This document shows, one piece after another, positions 55,167 through 63,498 of a stretch of DNA of 64,000 nucleotides (position 1 is the stretch's first letter; each line of letters opens with the position of its first letter). The position numbers and the translations under genes are program-made. The stretch lies in assembly GCA_045636265.1 (NCBI GenBank), contig JAZTXD010000102.1, positions 5,034 to 69,033 of the forward strand. The letters are read 5' to 3'. This stretch comes from Candidatus Flemingiibacterium sp. Its GTDB lineage: Bacteria; Bacillota; Clostridia; Oscillospirales; CAG-272. The notes under the pieces are model-generated. The model made no database searches. It saw nothing but the letters and a program-made list of their open reading frames with translations, and had not been told where the DNA came from.

Positions 55167-57302
55167 TCAAAGGGTGTCAAGCTCTTTTTCAAGCTGGTCA
55201 AGCTGAACGAGCTTTTCTATGTAACCTCTTTCGGTGAAGAAGTAGTGGTTTGAGGTTTCGAAACCGATAAGCGAGGATTTCTCCATAAGCACGAGAAGCT
55301 TCTTTGTAACCTCACGCTCGTCGGCGATGATCTTTCTCATTTCGTCGCGGGATGTGGGGAGATTTTCCTTGCACAGTGCGTATCTTGTGTGGATAACGTC
55401 GGAGTGGATCTGCAGTGTTGCAAAGCGTGCAAAGAGCAGAAGCTCGTTTGTCTTTTCGTCACCTGCAACAGCTTCGAGCATGTCACATGCCTCGTCCCAA
55501 GCCGCGAGCATCTTCTCAAACTGCGAGAGGTACACATCAATGGGATACGGGCCCTTCCATTTATTATAGTCCTCAAACGAGTAGCATACCATCGACGAGG
55601 GATTAGTGTTGGGAGCAAAGCTCCAAAGGTTTGCGGGACCAAGGTTCTTCGGGGAATTGTAGAGCACCTCCACGCTGAAGGGATATTCTCTGAATCCCTC
55701 ACAGAATTTCTCAATTGCCGCGTGTACGCGCGCGCCGTTTTCACCGAACTGCTTATTGTACCAAGCGTCGATATCGAAGCTGTCGGGGGCGGACATGTAG
55801 TCGGAGATCATATCGTAAGTGATCGACGGATATCCGCCGAGAGTCCATGTGAGCATGCAGTTGTCAACGCCGATCTCGTGGAGATTCTTAAGATGCTCAA
55901 GCTGGAGGTCGAACACGGGAAGGTAGGGTACACATGCGCATTCCCAAGTGTTTGATACCTGAACCTTAGCATATACCTTGTGACCGTATTTTGCTGCGGT
56001 GTTGAATATGAACTTGGAAATATCACTCGGACCGGGATTGGAGATGGAATATTCACCGACCTCACTGTCAATGCCGCCCTTGCTTATCTTCTTTCTGTTT
56101 TCGCTTACCTGCATTACAGCGATCTCGGGATGGAGAAGCTTGAATGCATTTTCCATCTTCTCATCTCCGAGGTGAGAATGCCATACCCAAACGTACGCGA
56201 TAACCTCGGCATCGCTTCCCGCGTCACGGATAGCCTTGTGCATGATGTTGTTAACTGCCGCGTGGAACTCTTCGGCGGGGACGTCCTTGCAGCGAGGACA
56301 TGTGCTGACTCTTGCAGAGTAGCAGTGAGTATAGTTTTCGCTTCCGCTTATGTTGAAAATACCGCCGATGCCCTTTACGTCTTCGAAGAGATCCTTGGTT
56401 GCTGTGTAGAGGTAGTTGCGCGCACCCTCGGTTGTGAGGCAGAGGGAGATGTAATCGCCGCGGATACCGCCGCCGATCTCCTTGTCGCCATAGCGCTCGT
56501 AAACGTCGAGCGGAAGCGCACGAGGCTCGTTGAAGTAGAGGTATATCTTGATTCCGCGAAGTGCGGCACGTCTGATAAGGTCGCGGAGGTTGTCGCGGCG
56601 CACCTTATAGTCGCGGCTGAGCTCGGGATCAAACGGATACGGCGAGAGGGTAGAAAGCACGCCATGAACGAACAGCGCATTTACGCCCTGACGAGCATAC
56701 GCATCAAGCAGACTGTCGGGCATCTGTCCTCTTGTGTCCTCTATAAATGCGTCACCGCAGGTTGTGAGGAAGCCGTGCACGATACGTGTACCGCCGCTCT
56801 GTGCAACGACGTACTTGGGTTCGGTGTCGGCGGTGTCAGTGAAGAAATCGAACATCTTGCGCTCGGACACGTCAAACTTGCTGACAACTTTTGCAATCTC
56901 TTCGGTTTCTTTGATCTCTGTCTCTGTGAGCGGTGAGTAGAATACCGGCTCGCGCTCGGGCTTTAACAGGCCGAGCTTGTACCAGAGGAAGTCCTCTTTG
57001 TTTACAACGAAATCGAAGCGCTCATCGTCCATTCCGACAAGTGCCTGAATTTGATCGTAAGGCAGAAGCAGCCAGTTGTTTCTGATTATTGTGATATAAC
57101 CGCGGGTGAGCCAGTTGGGATCGGTTTCGCCTGCACGAAGTCCCATGCGAAGCGCCTCGCGCTCAACATCCTCGGGGGTACATTTAAGGATCTTTGCTAT
57201 GTTTTCATTTGGTGACATACGGAAGTTACGGAAAATTACCGTCTGCCAAGCGGCGGGGAAATTCTGTCTTTCAAGGGTTCTCGGTTCAGTACTTGGAAGC
57301 AT
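55167..57302 (-). CDS. Uncharacterised cytoplasmic protein, paralog A (TIM-barrel glycosidase-like, NEP motif)
   Basis: 711 codons from the ATG at 57302 (AAGGAG RBS). No signal peptide. YLYFNEPRALP, VMQVSEN and C-x7-CPRCKD motifs. Paralogous to 57431-59569. Confidence 0.85.
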   Translation of the reverse strand: MLPSTEPRTLERQNFPAAWQTVIFRNFRMSPNENIAKILKCTPEDVEREALRMGLRAGETDPNWLTRGYITIIRNNWLLLPYDQIQALVGMDDERFDFVVNKEDFLWYKLGLLKPEREPVFYSPLTETEIKETEEIAKVVSKFDVSERKMFDFFTDTADTEPKYVVAQSGGTRIVHGFLTTCGDAFIEDTRGQMPDSLLDAYARQGVNALFVHGVLSTLSPYPFDPELSRDYKVRRDNLRDLIRRAALRGIKIYLYFNEPRALPLDVYERYGDKEIGGGIRGDYISLCLTTEGARNYLYTATKDLFEDVKGIGGIFNISGSENYTHCYSARVSTCPRCKDVPAEEFHAAVNNIMHKAIRDAGSDAEVIAYVWVWHSHLGDEKMENAFKLLHPEIAVMQVSENRKKISKGGIDSEVGEYSISNPGPSDISKFIFNTAAKYGHKVYAKVQVSNTWECACVPYLPVFDLQLEHLKNLHEIGVDNCMLTWTLGGYPSITYDMISDYMSAPDSFDIDAWYNKQFGENGARVHAAIEKFCEGFREYPFSVEVLYNSPKNLGPANLWSFAPNTNPSSMVCYSFEDYNKWKGPYPIDVYLSQFEKMLAAWDEACDMLEAVAGDEKTNELLLFARFATLQIHSDVIHTRYALCKENLPTSRDEMRKIIADEREVTKKLLVLMEKSSLIGFETSNHYFFTERGYIEKLVQLDQLEKELDTL

Positions 57303-57340
57303 AGTAGTATCTCCTTGTTTAGAAATATTTAGACACTGTA

Positions 57341-57369
57341 ATTTTAACACAATAAGGCAAAAAAGTCAA
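57341..57369 (-). promoter_or_regulatory. Sigma-A type promoter of paralog A / kinase operon
   Basis: Minus strand reads TTGACT (57369-57364), 17-bp spacer, TAAAAT (57346-57341). Confidence 0.55.
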
Positions 57370-57390
57370 TACAGAATTAGGACATCCGGC

Positions 57391-57421
57391 AAAATAAAAT
57401 GGGAGCGGATTTACCGCTCCC
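57391..57421 (-). terminator. Rho-independent terminator after paralog B
   Basis: Minus strand reads GGGAGCGG-TAAAT-CCGCTCCC followed by ATTTTATTTT. Confidence 0.7.
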
Positions 57422-57430
57422 AAAGGGGTA

Positions 57431-59569
57431 TCACATATTGTCAAGCTCTGCTTCAAGCTCTGTGAGCTGTACGAGCTTTTCGATGTAGTTTCTTTCTGTG
57501 AAGAAGTAGTGGTTTGAGGTTTCAAAGCCGATAAGGGTAGATTTTTCCATGAGTTCAAGCAGTGCCTTTGTAATCTCGCGCTCTTCCTTTATGATACCGC
57601 GCATTTCATCGCGTGACTCGGGGAGATTGCGCTTGCACACGGCATATCTTGTGTGGATAGTATCCGCGACATACTGAAGTGTTGCAAAGCGAGAGAAGAG
57701 GAGAAGCTCCTCGGTCTTTTCGTCGTACACTTCTTTTTCAAGCAGCTCACATCCCTCTTTCCAAAGGGTAATGAGCTTGTTCATCTGGTCAAGGTGGATA
57801 TCTATCGGATACGGTCTTGTCCATTTCTCAAAGTCGTCAAAGGAATAGCCAACCATCGTTGACGGGCGCTCGTCCACCGTAAGACTCCACATGTTTGCAG
57901 GTCCCATGTTCTTGGGGGAGTAGTAGAGGAAATCTATGGAGAAGGGAAGCTCGTCAAAGCCCTCGCAGAACTTCTTGATTGCTGCGTGGATATTTTCCGC
58001 TCTGTCACCGAACTGCTTCTTATACCAGTCGTCAATGCTGAAGTTGTCGGGATCTGTCATATAGTCGGACACGAGGTCATAAGTGATGGCCGGATATCCG
58101 CCGAGAGTCCATGTGAGCATGTAGTTGTTAACGCCGATCTCATGAAGATTTTCGAGGTGCTTAAGCTCGGTATCGAACACGGGGAGGTAGGGGACAGCGG
58201 AAAACTCCCAGCTGTTGCACATCTGAACCTTTGCATACAGCTTGTGACCGTATTTTGCGGCAGTAGAGAGAACATAATTAGCAACGGGGCTCGGACCGGG
58301 GTTGGAAATGGAATAGTCGCGAACCTCGCAGGGGATACCGCCCTTTGTAAACGGCTTTAAATTTTCGCTTACCTGCATTACGCCGATCTCGGGGTGGAGA
58401 GTTGCGAAGGCTATGTTAAGCTCTTCCTCATTCAGATAGTTTGGCCAGCCCCATGCATAAGCGATAACCTCTGCATCGCTTCCGGCGTCGCGGATAGCCT
58501 TGTGCATGATATTGTTTACGAGTACGGGAAGCTCGTATTTGGGAATATCCTTGCAGCGAGGGCAGGTCATTCTTGATGAGAAGTGGCAGTTTGTGGGGTT
58601 TTCACTTCTTGTAATGGTGAAGATACCGCCGATGCCCTTTACATTCTCGAAAAGATCCTTCGTCGCGCTGTAGAGATATTCCTTCGGCTCCTCTGTGCTG
58701 AGGCAGAGCATACGGTGACCGTTGGTGTGTGTGCCACCACCTATCTCCGGCTTGCCGTAACGCTCGAATACATCCGGCGGAAGTGCACGGGGCTCGTTGA
58801 AATAAAGGTATATCTTGATTCCGCGAAGTGCCGCACGGTCGATAAGACTCTGGAGATTCTCACGGCGGACCTTATAGTCGCGGCTCAGCTCGGGATCGAA
58901 GCGGTAGGGCGAGAGTGTGGAGAGCACACCGTGAACGAACAGCACGTTTACGCTCTGACGCGCATAACAATCGAGAAGTACGTCGGGCATCTGCTTTCTG
59001 GAGTCCTCGATGAACGCGTCGCCGCAGGTTGTGAGGAAGCCGTGAACAATACGGGTACCGTTGTCGTTGTTCGCAACATATTTAGGCGGACAGTCTTCAG
59101 TGTCCGTGAAGAAATCGAACACCTTGCGCTCGGACTTATCAAACTCGCGCACAAGCTCTGCAATCTCTTCGGTTTGTGCAATCTCTTCATCGGTGAGAGG
59201 AGCATATCTTACAGGCTCGCACTCCGGCTTTGTGCGACCAAGCTTAACCCAGAGAAAATCCTCCTGGTTAATGGCAAAGTCGAGCTTATCCTCGGGCATG
59301 CCGGTTAGCTGCATTAGCTGGTCATAGGTAAGCGTGAACCAGTTGTTGCGAATAATGGTTATGTAACCGCGCTCCATCCAGTCGGGGTCATAGTCGCCCT
59401 TGTAAAGTCCCATACGAAGCGCCTCACGCTCAACGTCCTCTGCACTGCAGCCAAGGACAGCGGCGATATTTTCATTCGGAACCATACGGTAGTTACGGAA
59501 GATTACCGTCTGCCAGCGCGTTGGGAAATTGTTTCTTTCAGGTGTCTTTTTTTCAATTTGCGGTAACAT
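57431..59569 (-). CDS. Uncharacterised cytoplasmic protein, paralog B (TIM-barrel glycosidase-like, NEP motif)
   Basis: 713 codons from the ATG at 59569 (AAGGAG RBS). Same motif set as paralog A. 64 of the first 100 aligned residues are identical by hand count. Confidence 0.85.
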   Translation of the reverse strand: MLPQIEKKTPERNNFPTRWQTVIFRNYRMVPNENIAAVLGCSAEDVEREALRMGLYKGDYDPDWMERGYITIIRNNWFTLTYDQLMQLTGMPEDKLDFAINQEDFLWVKLGRTKPECEPVRYAPLTDEEIAQTEEIAELVREFDKSERKVFDFFTDTEDCPPKYVANNDNGTRIVHGFLTTCGDAFIEDSRKQMPDVLLDCYARQSVNVLFVHGVLSTLSPYRFDPELSRDYKVRRENLQSLIDRAALRGIKIYLYFNEPRALPPDVFERYGKPEIGGGTHTNGHRMLCLSTEEPKEYLYSATKDLFENVKGIGGIFTITRSENPTNCHFSSRMTCPRCKDIPKYELPVLVNNIMHKAIRDAGSDAEVIAYAWGWPNYLNEEELNIAFATLHPEIGVMQVSENLKPFTKGGIPCEVRDYSISNPGPSPVANYVLSTAAKYGHKLYAKVQMCNSWEFSAVPYLPVFDTELKHLENLHEIGVNNYMLTWTLGGYPAITYDLVSDYMTDPDNFSIDDWYKKQFGDRAENIHAAIKKFCEGFDELPFSIDFLYYSPKNMGPANMWSLTVDERPSTMVGYSFDDFEKWTRPYPIDIHLDQMNKLITLWKEGCELLEKEVYDEKTEELLLFSRFATLQYVADTIHTRYAVCKRNLPESRDEMRGIIKEEREITKALLELMEKSTLIGFETSNHYFFTERNYIEKLVQLTELEAELDNM

Positions 59570-59604
59570 GTCTATATCTCCTTGAATAATAACTCTCCAC
59601 AGCA

Positions 59605-59633
59605 ATTTTACCATATATAAACAGCGTTGTCAA
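59605..59633 (-). promoter_or_regulatory. Sigma-A type promoter of paralog B
   Basis: Minus strand reads TTGACA (59633-59628), 17-bp spacer, TAAAAT (59610-59605). Confidence 0.55.
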
Positions 59634-59660
59634 TACAAAAACAAGTAAAATGTCGTCTGA

Positions 59661-59700
59661 AATATATAAAAATCCTCAAGGGATTTTTCATCCCTTGAGG
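59661..59700 (-). terminator. Rho-independent terminator after dapL
   Basis: 11-bp stem CCTCAAGGGAT / ATCCCTTGAGG (59674-59700), followed on the minus strand by ATTTTTATATATT. Confidence 0.75.
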
Positions 59701-59713
59701 TGTGTTTGCGTGA

Positions 59714-60898
59714 TTATTTGAGCAGCTTTTTAATTCTTTCAGCCGCCTCGCGGGTGCGCTCGCGGTCACCGAAAGCGGTCAGACGGAAGAAGCCCTCGCC
59801 CATTTCGCCAAATCCTGCGCCGGGAGTGCCGACAACGTTAGCCTTGGTCAGAAGCAGGTCGAAAAATTCCCAGGAGCTTAAACCGTTCGGGCACTTGAGC
59901 CAGATGTAGGGGGAGTTTACGCCGCCGGTGTACCAGATGCCAAGCTCGTCGAGAGCCGCGGTGATGATCTTTGCGTTTTCCTTGTAGTAAGCGAGGTTTT
60001 CAGCGATCTGCGCTCTTCCCTCGGGGGAGAATACAGCCGCCGCCGCATACTGTACGGGATAGGAAACGCCGTTGAACTTTGTGGTCTGACGGCGCAGCCA
60101 AAGCTTGTTAAGCTTGAGACCGTCCGCTTCGAGCTCCATGGGGACAACGGTCCAGCCGCAGCGTGTGCCGGTAAAGCCTGCGGTCTTGGAGAACGAGCAG
60201 AACTCAATAGCACAGTTTCTTGCGCCTTCAATTTCATAGATTGAGCGTACAAGCTCCTTGGTGGTTACAAAAGACTCGTAAGCCGCGTCAAAGAGGATGA
60301 TAGCGCCCTTCTTGGTTGCGTATTCAACCCACTCTTTAAGCTGTGCGTGATTGTACGCCGCACCGGTGGGATTGTTCGGTGAGCACAGGTAGATGATATC
60401 CGCATCAACTGCATCGTCGGGCATCGGGAGGAAGTTGTTCTCCGCGTTGCCGTTCATGTAAACGATGTTGCGTCCGTCCATAGTATTGGTGTCAACGTAC
60501 ACGGGGTATACGGGATCGGGGACGAGAACGGTGTTATCCTTTGCGAAGATGTCGAGGATGTTTCCGAGATCGCTCTTCGCGCCGTCGGAAATGAATATTT
60601 CATCGGCGTCAAGCTCTACGCCGTCTTCTACCTTGTAGTAATCCTTTATGGCATCCTTTAAAAAGCCGTAGCCCTGCTCGGGACCGTAACCCTTGAAGGA
60701 TTCCTTGTTGCCCATTTCATCGGTTGCCTTATGGAACGCATCGACAACAGCAGAGCATAGCGGAAGTGTTACGTCGCCAATTCCGAGGCGGATGATGTCA
60801 GCGTTGGGATTTTCTGCTTTATAAGCGGCTGTCTTCTTTGCGATGTCGGAAAAAAGATAGCTTTCTTTGAGCTTTTTGTAGTTTGCATTGATTTTCAT
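59714..60898 (-). CDS. dapL: LL-diaminopimelate aminotransferase
   Basis: [23 protein letters not shown]-terminus is typical of DapL. PLP-lysine region [14 protein letters not shown]. Confidence 0.88.
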   Translation of the reverse strand: MKINANYKKLKESYLFSDIAKKTAAYKAENPNADIIRLGIGDVTLPLCSAVVDAFHKATDEMGNKESFKGYGPEQGYGFLKDAIKDYYKVEDGVELDADEIFISDGAKSDLGNILDIFAKDNTVLVPDPVYPVYVDTNTMDGRNIVYMNGNAENNFLPMPDDAVDADIIYLCSPNNPTGAAYNHAQLKEWVEYATKKGAIILFDAAYESFVTTKELVRSIYEIEGARNCAIEFCSFSKTAGFTGTRCGWTVVPMELEADGLKLNKLWLRRQTTKFNGVSYPVQYAAAAVFSPEGRAQIAENLAYYKENAKIITAALDELGIWYTGGVNSPYIWLKCPNGLSSWEFFDLLLTKANVVGTPGAGFGEMGEGFFRLTAFGDRERTREAAERIKKLLK

Positions 60899-60937
60899 TG
60901 TGTGATCTCCTCATGATAAAATTTCATAGATACACAT

Positions 60938-60966
60938 ATTGTAACACACTAAAGCACAAAATTCAA
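60938..60966 (-). promoter_or_regulatory. Sigma-A type promoter of dapL
   Basis: Minus strand reads TTGAAT (60966-60961), 17-bp spacer, TACAAT (60943-60938). Confidence 0.5.
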
Positions 60967-60997
60967 TGTATTTTTTATTAACAAGTGAAAATCTTTA

Positions 60998-61031
60998 ACA
61001 AAAAATATGCATCTCCAAAATCGGAGATGCA
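60998..61031 (-). terminator. Rho-independent terminator after the CD3324-like gene
   Basis: 9-bp stem TGCATCTCC / GGAGATGCA, followed on the minus strand by TATTTTTTGT. Confidence 0.75.
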
Positions 61032-61062
61032 CACATGAGTGTAAGATTTTGCCTATGCTCCT

Positions 61063-61356
61063 TTACAGGTGTCCCCGGTAACGCCGAAGACGGTCCTTTT
61101 CGCCGTAGACGATCTTTTTTATGCTGTCAGTTGAGAGAAAATAGCGCTTGGCGAGCTCTTCAATGGAGGTCTGATTTCTGTATTCTTCCCGTATCTCGCG
61201 GTTACGCTCGGCATATTTTTCTTTTGCGCCGTTGCGTATGCCCCACATGGGCTTATCTGATTTTGTGGGAATATATATGAGGTCGCCGTCTATGTACTTT
61301 TGTATTTCTCGAACCAACTCGCAAGGCAAAATATCCTTTGCGTTCTTATACGCCAT
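61063..61356 (-). CDS. Small CD3324/Mor-like DNA-binding family protein
   Basis: 97 aa. AKDILPCELVREIQKYIDGDLIYIP and C-terminal SIEELAKRYFLSTDSIKKIVY (HTH-like). Family recalled from memory. Confidence 0.55.
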   Translation of the reverse strand: MAYKNAKDILPCELVREIQKYIDGDLIYIPTKSDKPMWGIRNGAKEKYAERNREIREEYRNQTSIEELAKRYFLSTDSIKKIVYGEKDRLRRYRGHL

Positions 61357-61562
61357 TTTGCTCTCCTCTCGTTATACGTCCTTTATGTACTCCACGGATA
61401 TCCGTTTTTTTCGGATACCCGCGAAGCTGTATAACTCGCGGATCGCAGTTCCATGGAGGATCTTCAATCCGGGGTTATACGGAAATCACCTTTTTGTTTG
61501 TCATTTGAAAACCACTCCTTTCTTTGAAAATATAGTGTGAGCGTGGTGGGGCTCACAACTAT

Positions 61563-61591
61563 ATTATAATGTATATTGTGTATGTTTGCAA
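61563..61591 (-). promoter_or_regulatory. Sigma-A type promoter of the CD3324-like gene leader
   Basis: Minus strand reads TTGCAA (61591-61586), 17-bp spacer, TATAAT (61568-61563). Confidence 0.5.
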
Positions 61592-61624
61592 TATAAAATT
61601 TGGTTATAGTAGATTTTTACTTTT

Positions 61625-62105
61625 TGTGGTCGGCGCTTTTGCGCCGAGTTTACGGCTAAAAGAGGGGATAGACAACCATCTGCGCAGGTTTTCTACCCCC
61701 TCTTAGACTCCCCCGTTTTCCTTGCTTTGCGCCGGAGGCGCTCCCCGGCGCTCAAAAAAGATTCGCGCTGGTTAGTGCGAACACACTGCCCACATTGCAG
61801 ATAGCGCACGATTCGGGCGGCGTTCTTGTAGGGACAGGCGTCCTCGACTGTCCGCCTTAGAGTGTAGCGGTATCTATAGGTACCGCTTCACGGCGCGAAT
61901 AGAGCCGGAGGGCGAAAGCCCGATCGGCGACCTTGAGCGAGAGTCGGGCAAAGGCAAGGAGGACGGGGAGAGTAAGAGTTCGCTATAGGCGAACTCTTGA
62001 GGGGATGAGGAAACTGCGCAGCTGGTTCCCCACCCTTCTCGGAATATTACGCATACGGCGATGCGCTGTACATTCGGGGCGCTCATGAGAGCGCCATTCG
62101 GCGAC
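61625..62105. repeat. Long imperfect palindromic repeat element, copy B
   Basis: Co-linear with 47405-47810. Same left hairpin (TCGGCGC-TTTT-GCGCCGA, 61630-61647) and same right hairpin (GGCGC-TCATGAGA-GCGCC, 62078-62095). Has a longer central loop and a longer right arm. Confidence 0.8.
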
Positions 62106-62123
62106 TCATCTTTCGTAAAAGCA

Positions 62124-62152
62124 TTGACTATTGTACAAACCCATGCTATAAT
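62124..62152 (+). promoter_or_regulatory. Sigma-A type promoter of the G1P dehydrogenase-like gene
   Basis: TTGACT (62124-62129), 17-bp spacer, TATAAT (62147-62152), directly after repeat copy B. Confidence 0.55.
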
Positions 62153-62179
62153 GAAAACATAAACCACCAGGAGGTAATC

Positions 62180-63487
62180 ATGAACATACCCGGAACAGAA
62201 AATATAAAAAAGCACGGCTGTGTGTGCGGCCGTGAGCACACCTGCAAGCTTGACGACGTTATAATCGGAAGCGGCGCGGTAGATCAGCTGCCGCAGTCCA
62301 TAAAATATTTTGGCGCGAAGAAAGCGTTTATACTGTCGGATCTCACCACACACGAGGTGGCAGGTCTGCGTGCCTGCGATATCGTAAAAAAATCCGGCAT
62401 TGCCGCTGTAAACTGCGTGATAAATGATACCTTCCCCAAGCCGCACGAGCATACCGTCGGCTCGGTGATGCTGAACTTTGACTGCTCATGCGATATTATC
62501 GTTGCCGTAGGTTCAGGAGTTATCAACGACTGCGCGAAGATAGTTGCGAATGCGGCAAATCTCCCGTATATCATAGTTGCCACAGCGCCGTCTATGGACG
62601 GTTACGCTTCCGCATCATCGTCAATGGAACGCGGCGGCGTAAAGGTGTCAATCCCAACAAAAAATGCGGATATCATAATCGGCGACACAGATATTTTAAA
62701 AAATGCGCCGATGAAGATGCTGTACGCCGGTTTCGGCGACATTATCGCAAAATATACCGCGCTTTGCGATTGGCGTATCGCAAACATCGTCGTCGGGGAC
62801 GTTTACTGCGAGGATATCGCGCAGATGATACGCACGGTACTCGCGCAGTGCGTCGACAATGCCGAGGGACTTGTGTCAAGGGATGCGGTTGCAGTTGAGG
62901 CTGTGTTCAGAGCGATGCTGCTCGGCGGCGTTGCAATGAGTTATGCCGGAACGTCGCAGGTGGCATCGGGAGTTGAGCACTCGCTCTCGCATATATGGGA
63001 CATGCGCGCGCTTGAGTTTGGTACGGCGTGCGAGCTTCACGGACTTCAGTGTGCCGTGGGAACATTTATCGGCATAAAGAATTACGAAAAGTTAAGACAG
63101 TATACACCAAACAGAGAAAAGGCGCTCGAGCATGCGGCAAGGTTTGACTACGCGTCATGGAGCGACACGCTTCGTGGATTTATCGGCAAGGGCGCGGAGT
63201 CGATGATACGGCTTGAGGGTACAGAGAAGAAGTATGATCCCACTAAACATGAAGCACGCCTTGACACGATAATCAAAAACTGGGACAATATCTGCGCCGT
63301 TATGGATGCAGAACTCCCCGCACTTTCCGAACTTGAGCGACTGTTCGCGAAAATCGGTGCGCCGATGACCATGCGCGATATCGGCATTGATGAGTCCACG
63401 CTGTCGCTTGCATACTGTGCGACACGCGATATACGCGACAAGTATATACAGTCGCGCCTTGTGTGGGATTTAGGTATCGAGTTGTAA
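62180..63487 (+). CDS. sn-glycerol-1-phosphate dehydrogenase-like (AraM/EgsA type) iron/zinc alcohol dehydrogenase superfamily protein
   Basis: GSGVINDCAK, APSMDGYAS and GVEHSLSHIWDM...ELHGLQ metal-site pattern. Confidence 0.75.
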   Translation: MNIPGTENIKKHGCVCGREHTCKLDDVIIGSGAVDQLPQSIKYFGAKKAFILSDLTTHEVAGLRACDIVKKSGIAAVNCVINDTFPKPHEHTVGSVMLNFDCSCDIIVAVGSGVINDCAKIVANAANLPYIIVATAPSMDGYASASSSMERGGVKVSIPTKNADIIIGDTDILKNAPMKMLYAGFGDIIAKYTALCDWRIANIVVGDVYCEDIAQMIRTVLAQCVDNAEGLVSRDAVAVEAVFRAMLLGGVAMSYAGTSQVASGVEHSLSHIWDMRALEFGTACELHGLQCAVGTFIGIKNYEKLRQYTPNREKALEHAARFDYASWSDTLRGFIGKGAESMIRLEGTEKKYDPTKHEARLDTIIKNWDNICAVMDAELPALSELERLFAKIGAPMTMRDIGIDESTLSLAYCATRDIRDKYIQSRLVWDLGIEL

Positions 63488-63498
63488 GGGGGGGCAAT

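Noticed and set aside
55980-56936. Long plus-strand ORFs (55980-56936, and similarly 58583-59308 and 55389-55955) opposite the two 710-aa paralogs.
   Set aside because: The minus-strand frames are conserved between the two paralogs at the protein level. The plus-strand frames are not similarly constrained and lack RBSs.
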